A stretch of 54,137 nt of DNA from a virus. The position numbers and the translations under genes are program-made. Under the pieces are notes generated by a model. The model ran no database searches and was not told the DNA's origin. It worked only from the letters and a program-made list of their open reading frames with translations. Within the stretch, counting starts at the first letter, position 1. Every line of letters begins with the position of its first letter. Of the stretch, positions 50,939 to 54,137 are shown piece by piece. The stretch is from the IMG/VR virus record IMGVR_UViG_3300021400_000023. The stretch is one strand, 5' to 3'.

Positions 50939-51107
50939 GCTCCCGGTGTTCCTTACTGGTTTCCCGCGTCTTGCACCTTTGATATTCCTGCCGCCCCTCC
51001 CATACTGTCATAACGCTATGCCAAGACAGGGCAACCTTCTTCGCCGTGCATACGCCCTTGTCGTTGTTGAACGAACATCCAACGTCAGCGCAGTATATCT
51101 TTGCCAT
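50889..51107 (-). CDS. DUF1540-like small Cys-rich protein
   Basis: The ATG at 51107 follows AAGGAGGACGAC. IYCADVGCSFNNDKGVCTAKKVAL resembles DUF1540. Confidence 0.5.
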   Translation of the reverse strand: MAKIYCADVGCSFNNDKGVCTAKKVALSWHSVMTVWEGRQEYQRCKTRETSKEHRELEKRMEALINEQTGKV

Positions 51108-51258
51108 TGTCGTCCTCCTTCGCTTTCGCCTCAAAGAATCTTTTGCACTCTCCGCAGCACATGGCAAAGTACATCCCGTTTTCGCCGTTCTTTTTCAGTA
51201 GCGTACCAAACAGAAGTTTGACTTCCCCACAAGACCAGCACTTGCCTTTTGTCGGCAT
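51085..51258 (-). CDS. Small zinc-ribbon protein (57 aa, below the ORF-track cut-off)
   Basis: Hand translation gives MPTKGKCWSCGEVKLL...MCCGECKRFFEAK. The ATG directly follows the methyltransferase stop. Confidence 0.4.
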   Translation of the reverse strand: MPTKGKCWSCGEVKLLFGTLLKKNGENGMYFAMCCGECKRFFEAKAKEDDNGKDILR

Positions 51259-52836
51259 TTATACCGCCTCCTTGCAGAACTCCGGCAGATTGGCCCGGAC
51301 AAGTGCCGTCGGGATCGGCGGGCACACCGCGTTTCCGCAGCGCGCCACCTGTTCGGATTTCGGATAGGGCTTTCCGTCCGCGTCCACGTCGATGATGTAA
51401 TCCTTCGGGAAGCCCTGGGCATTGAAAAGCTCCCTCGGCGTCAGCATCCGCAGGCCAATATCGACGATCTGGTAATCCTGTCCGCGCACGGTCACAAGGC
51501 CCATTCTGTCCTTTGCTGTCACCGTCGGGGCTGGTTTGTCGCATGGCACGGCGTTGTCGCCGTTCCCGTAATACTTCACCAGGAAAGCGCATACCTCGCC
51601 GAAGTGGTTTGTCTGCGCCGTCATGGTGTTCAGCGGCTTCGTCACTTCCTGTCCGACGCTGTAATGGTTGAATTGCGTCACGGCCACGGCGCACACCGCG
51701 TTATGGTCAATGGCCGTCACCGTCGGCAGGGGCTTGTCCACGCCTGCGGCCACGTTATCCCCGCCGTAATACTTGCTTATGAAGGTTGATACCAGCCCGT
51801 AACGGTTGCTGGCGTCCACCGTCATAAGCGGATCGTCTACTTCCTGGCCGCGCACATCGCCTCCCTGCTCGTCGTGGTATTGGATCAGGTTCGGCGCTAT
51901 TCTATCTTCTCCGTCCACGCTCACGATGAACGGGTGCGGGTTCTCAATGACAAACTTCTGGATGCCGCGCGCAATCCTGCGCATGGTCGCGTCTGCAAGC
52001 GGCCTCACGGCCCGGATGCCGTACTGCTCGTAGATTTCCTCGCTCGTCGCAAAGATGGACGGGCACGGCAGAGAAAAGTCCAGCACGTCCGCAACCGGCT
52101 TCCAGGGCTTCTTCATCCCTGCCGCCACTTCCAGGCTGTCCGGGTCGCCGTGGGTCGCTTTCGGCCAGACAATCGGCTTCCCGTCGCACCTGGCAATCAG
52201 AAAAAAGCGCTTTCGGATCGTCGGTGCGCCGTAATCACAGGCCCGCAGCTCCCGGTGTTCGACGTGATAGCCCAGCCCCATAGCCAGCTTCATAGCCTGC
52301 TGCGCGTCCGGCTTCAAGAAATCGCACGCCTCATGAAAGGCCGGATGATCCAATGCAATGCCGGTTGTCAGCATGGAGATAAAGCCCTTGAAGGTTTCAC
52401 CGGCCCGCGCCGGGTTTGGCACGGTCTTTCCGTCCTTTCGCTTCATCAGCGGCCCCCATGTCTGTATTTCCTCCACGTTCTCCATCATAATCACACGGGG
52501 GCGCACCGTCATAGCCCAGCGCAGGATCACCCAGGAAAGGCCCCGGATATGCTTGCTGACGGGCTTTCCGCCCTTTGCTTTGGAAAAGTGTTTGCAATCC
52601 GGCGAAAACCACGCCAGCCCTACGGGGTGCCCTTCGCAGGCTTCCACGGGATCAACCATCCAAATATCTTCCGTGTAATGTTTGCTCGTCGGATGATTGG
52701 CCCGGTGCATGGCGATGGCAGCAGGATCATGATTGATTGCCACGTCCACGCTCCGGCCTATGGCTATCTCAATGCCGGTGCTCGCGCCTCCGCCCCCGGC
52801 GAAATTGTCCACAACGATTTCTCCCGTGCTGTTCAT
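51259..52836 (-). CDS. DNA (cytosine-5)-methyltransferase
   Basis: Motif I DNFAGGGGAS, motif IV SPDCKHFS, motif VI MMENVEE, TIRKRFF and C-terminal GNAVCPP. There are repeated PLxT(V/M)TA units in the variable region. Confidence 0.9.
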   Translation of the reverse strand: MNSTGEIVVDNFAGGGGASTGIEIAIGRSVDVAINHDPAAIAMHRANHPTSKHYTEDIWMVDPVEACEGHPVGLAWFSPDCKHFSKAKGGKPVSKHIRGLSWVILRWAMTVRPRVIMMENVEEIQTWGPLMKRKDGKTVPNPARAGETFKGFISMLTTGIALDHPAFHEACDFLKPDAQQAMKLAMGLGYHVEHRELRACDYGAPTIRKRFFLIARCDGKPIVWPKATHGDPDSLEVAAGMKKPWKPVADVLDFSLPCPSIFATSEEIYEQYGIRAVRPLADATMRRIARGIQKFVIENPHPFIVSVDGEDRIAPNLIQYHDEQGGDVRGQEVDDPLMTVDASNRYGLVSTFISKYYGGDNVAAGVDKPLPTVTAIDHNAVCAVAVTQFNHYSVGQEVTKPLNTMTAQTNHFGEVCAFLVKYYGNGDNAVPCDKPAPTVTAKDRMGLVTVRGQDYQIVDIGLRMLTPRELFNAQGFPKDYIIDVDADGKPYPKSEQVARCGNAVCPPIPTALVRANLPEFCKEAV

Positions 52837-53273
52837 GCTTCCATCCTTCCTGTCGCTTTCAGCAGCTTCTTTCCGATGCTGTGTGCCACGCCTCCGATAT
52901 TGTTAAGGCTCGTCCGCCCGTCCTGCCATTTCTCCTTGAAAGCCTCGGCCTTTGCCGGATCGTCGATGGCCTCCAGGGCGGCGTTGTATCTCGCCCTGTC
53001 CTCAAAGTGCCCCAGCATGAAGGACGCCAGCGCGTCGCCGACCTCTTTCTTTCTGGCCGCCATGCCCTCCGTCGGCGTCCTGCCGAACTCCTCTTGATAC
53101 CACTCGTCGAAGCCGCCGAACATGAAGATCGGCACCCTGTCCGCCTCGGCCTCGTCCTTCGTTTCCGCTCCGAAAGAAAGGCTCAAATTCCCAATGACCA
53201 GCGCGGCAACCTCTTTGTCTGCCGCAACAAATGTATATGGATCGCTCGGATTGATAAGCTCATACTCCGTCAT
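52833..53273 (-). CDS. Hypothetical protein
   Basis: The start is set at the ATG at 53273, which forms an ATGA overlap with the upstream stop. 146 aa. Confidence 0.5.
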   Translation of the reverse strand: MTEYELINPSDPYTFVAADKEVAALVIGNLSLSFGAETKDEAEADRVPIFMFGGFDEWYQEEFGRTPTEGMAARKKEVGDALASFMLGHFEDRARYNAALEAIDDPAKAEAFKEKWQDGRTSLNNIGGVAHSIGKKLLKATGRMEA

Positions 53274-53482
53274 AGTGCCTTTTTCTCCTTCATCAAATCG
53301 AATAATGTCAACTGGCCCTTTGCAGGCTTTTCCCGCTGCCGCGTCGGCTCCTGCCGGAACGGGTACAGGTTGCATCCCTTGATCCTGCAATTCTGTACCT
53401 CCTTCCGGCTGCCTCCGCTGCACTCCAGGCAATGCCGGTGTATGGCAACCAGCAATTCGTCGGGTGTTGGCTTTGTGCTCAT
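53270..53482 (-). CDS. Small zinc-binding protein
   Basis: HCLECSGGSRKEVQNCRIKGCNLYPFR. 70 aa. Confidence 0.55.
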   Translation of the reverse strand: MSTKPTPDELLVAIHRHCLECSGGSRKEVQNCRIKGCNLYPFRQEPTRQREKPAKGQLTLFDLMKEKKAL

Positions 53483-53763
53483 AGGCCATATTCACCCTTT
53501 TGCAGATACTCGATTTCCCGCAAAAGGTCGTTGACCATTACCTGATAGACGCGCTCCCTGGTGTGCTGTTTGCCCCATAGGGGCCGGTTTTTCCCGTTTC
53601 GTTTCTCCCATGTCTTGACGCATTTCGGGCAGTAGAAAGCATCCCCGAAGCTGTCCCATCCCGCATTGACAATCTCCTCCGCCGGTTCTATCCGGCTGAA
53701 CCTGTCATACTTGAATTTCCTGCTTCTATGCCCGCAGCAGGAGCACATGATCTGCAAATACAT
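53479..53763 (-). CDS. Hypothetical Cys-rich protein
   Basis: ATG follows AAGGAGGCCAACACCGCT. 94 aa. Confidence 0.55.
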   Translation of the reverse strand: MYLQIMCSCCGHRSRKFKYDRFSRIEPAEEIVNAGWDSFGDAFYCPKCVKTWEKRNGKNRPLWGKQHTRERVYQVMVNDLLREIEYLQKGEYGL

Positions 53764-53779
53764 AGCGGTGTTGGCCTCC

Positions 53780-54137
53780 TTATTTCTCTATCTTCTGCAC
53801 TCGTTCAAATGGTTCATCAAGCAGCAGTTCAAGGCCGGTCTTTGCCAGCACTTCGTCGCACAGCTCCGAATGATTGAGCGCCCAAATGATCTTCTCGTCC
53901 ACGGCCTTGATGGCCCGGAAAGCCCGGTTTTCCCCGAAACCAAATTCATCATGCAGCGCAAGGATGATCCCCGCGTAACAGCACTTGATGATCGGCTCCG
54001 CCGCCTGCCGGAAGCCCTCTTGGCGGCCCTCCTCGCGGGCATTGTCCAAATCCTGCGCGGTGATCCCGTTGTGCTCAATGATCTTGCGCACCTGTTCGCG
54101 CACTTCCATCTTCCGGCGAAATTTCTCCTGGTTCGCC
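53780..54137 (-). CDS. 3' part of the junction-spanning hypothetical gene (5' end truncated by the window edge; see 1..274)
   Basis: The frame is continuous across the 107-bp overlap. The track Met at 54109 is internal (Met66). Confidence 0.6.
   Translation of the reverse strand, partial: ANQEKFRRKMEVREQVRKIIEHNGITAQDLDNAREEGRQEGFRQAAEPIIKCCYAGIILALHDEFGFGENRAFRAIKAVDEKIIWALNHSELCDEVLAKTGLELLLDEPFERVQKIEK
54031..54137. repeat. Terminal direct repeat copy 2
   Basis: Identical to bases 1-107. Confidence 0.9.

Noticed and set aside
23751-54137. A second DGR target (an additional VR) elsewhere in the tail or other genes.
   Set aside because: Reading through, I saw no other copy of the TR core (gttgccgcgctcgttgttggcattgac or ccgccgcgacgggggaagcgct). 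A diverged VR could be missed by eye, so a TR-versus-genome alignment is still needed.

Overview
The window is a complete, circularly closed temperate phage genome. Bases 1-107 are identical to 54031-54137, so the unique length is 54030 bp. Almost all genes are on the minus strand. In transcription order they run: Cro-like regulator (8739), then HAD-like and DUF1064-like genes, a cluster of tRNA-like RNAs, dUTPase, a replication initiator with internal iterons, a G39P-like loader, SSB, a Gp37/Gp68-like protein, a gene spanning the contig junction, a C5 DNA methyltransferase, Cys-rich small ORFs and a putative late regulator. Next comes a late promoter followed by a terminator, then a lambda-like head module (Nu1/A/W/portal/protease/decoration/capsid E). 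After that comes a P2/PBSX-like contractile tail with a -1 frameshifted chaperone, then a complete diversity-generating retroelement (target with VR, Avd, TR, RT), and finally endolysin and holin. The plus strand carries a CI-like repressor, a secreted protein and a large serine integrase. It also carries about 1 kb of hyper-GC non-coding repeats and a 7-kb island (13.0-20.0 kb) of small genes anchored by an ArdC-like antirestriction protein. That island is organised by near-identical regulatory cassettes. These are four consensus sigma70-type promoters bracketed by 13-bp direct repeats, three copies of a double-hairpin element, and a conserved stop-to-start junction that also occurs inside three ORFs. 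The strongest call is the DGR: TR and VR are 120 bp each with 13 mismatches, all at TR adenines. The least explained features are the cassette-organised island, the hyper-GC repeat block and two tRNA-like genes of about 130 nt. All family assignments come from reading the translations and from remembered motifs. No database search was run.
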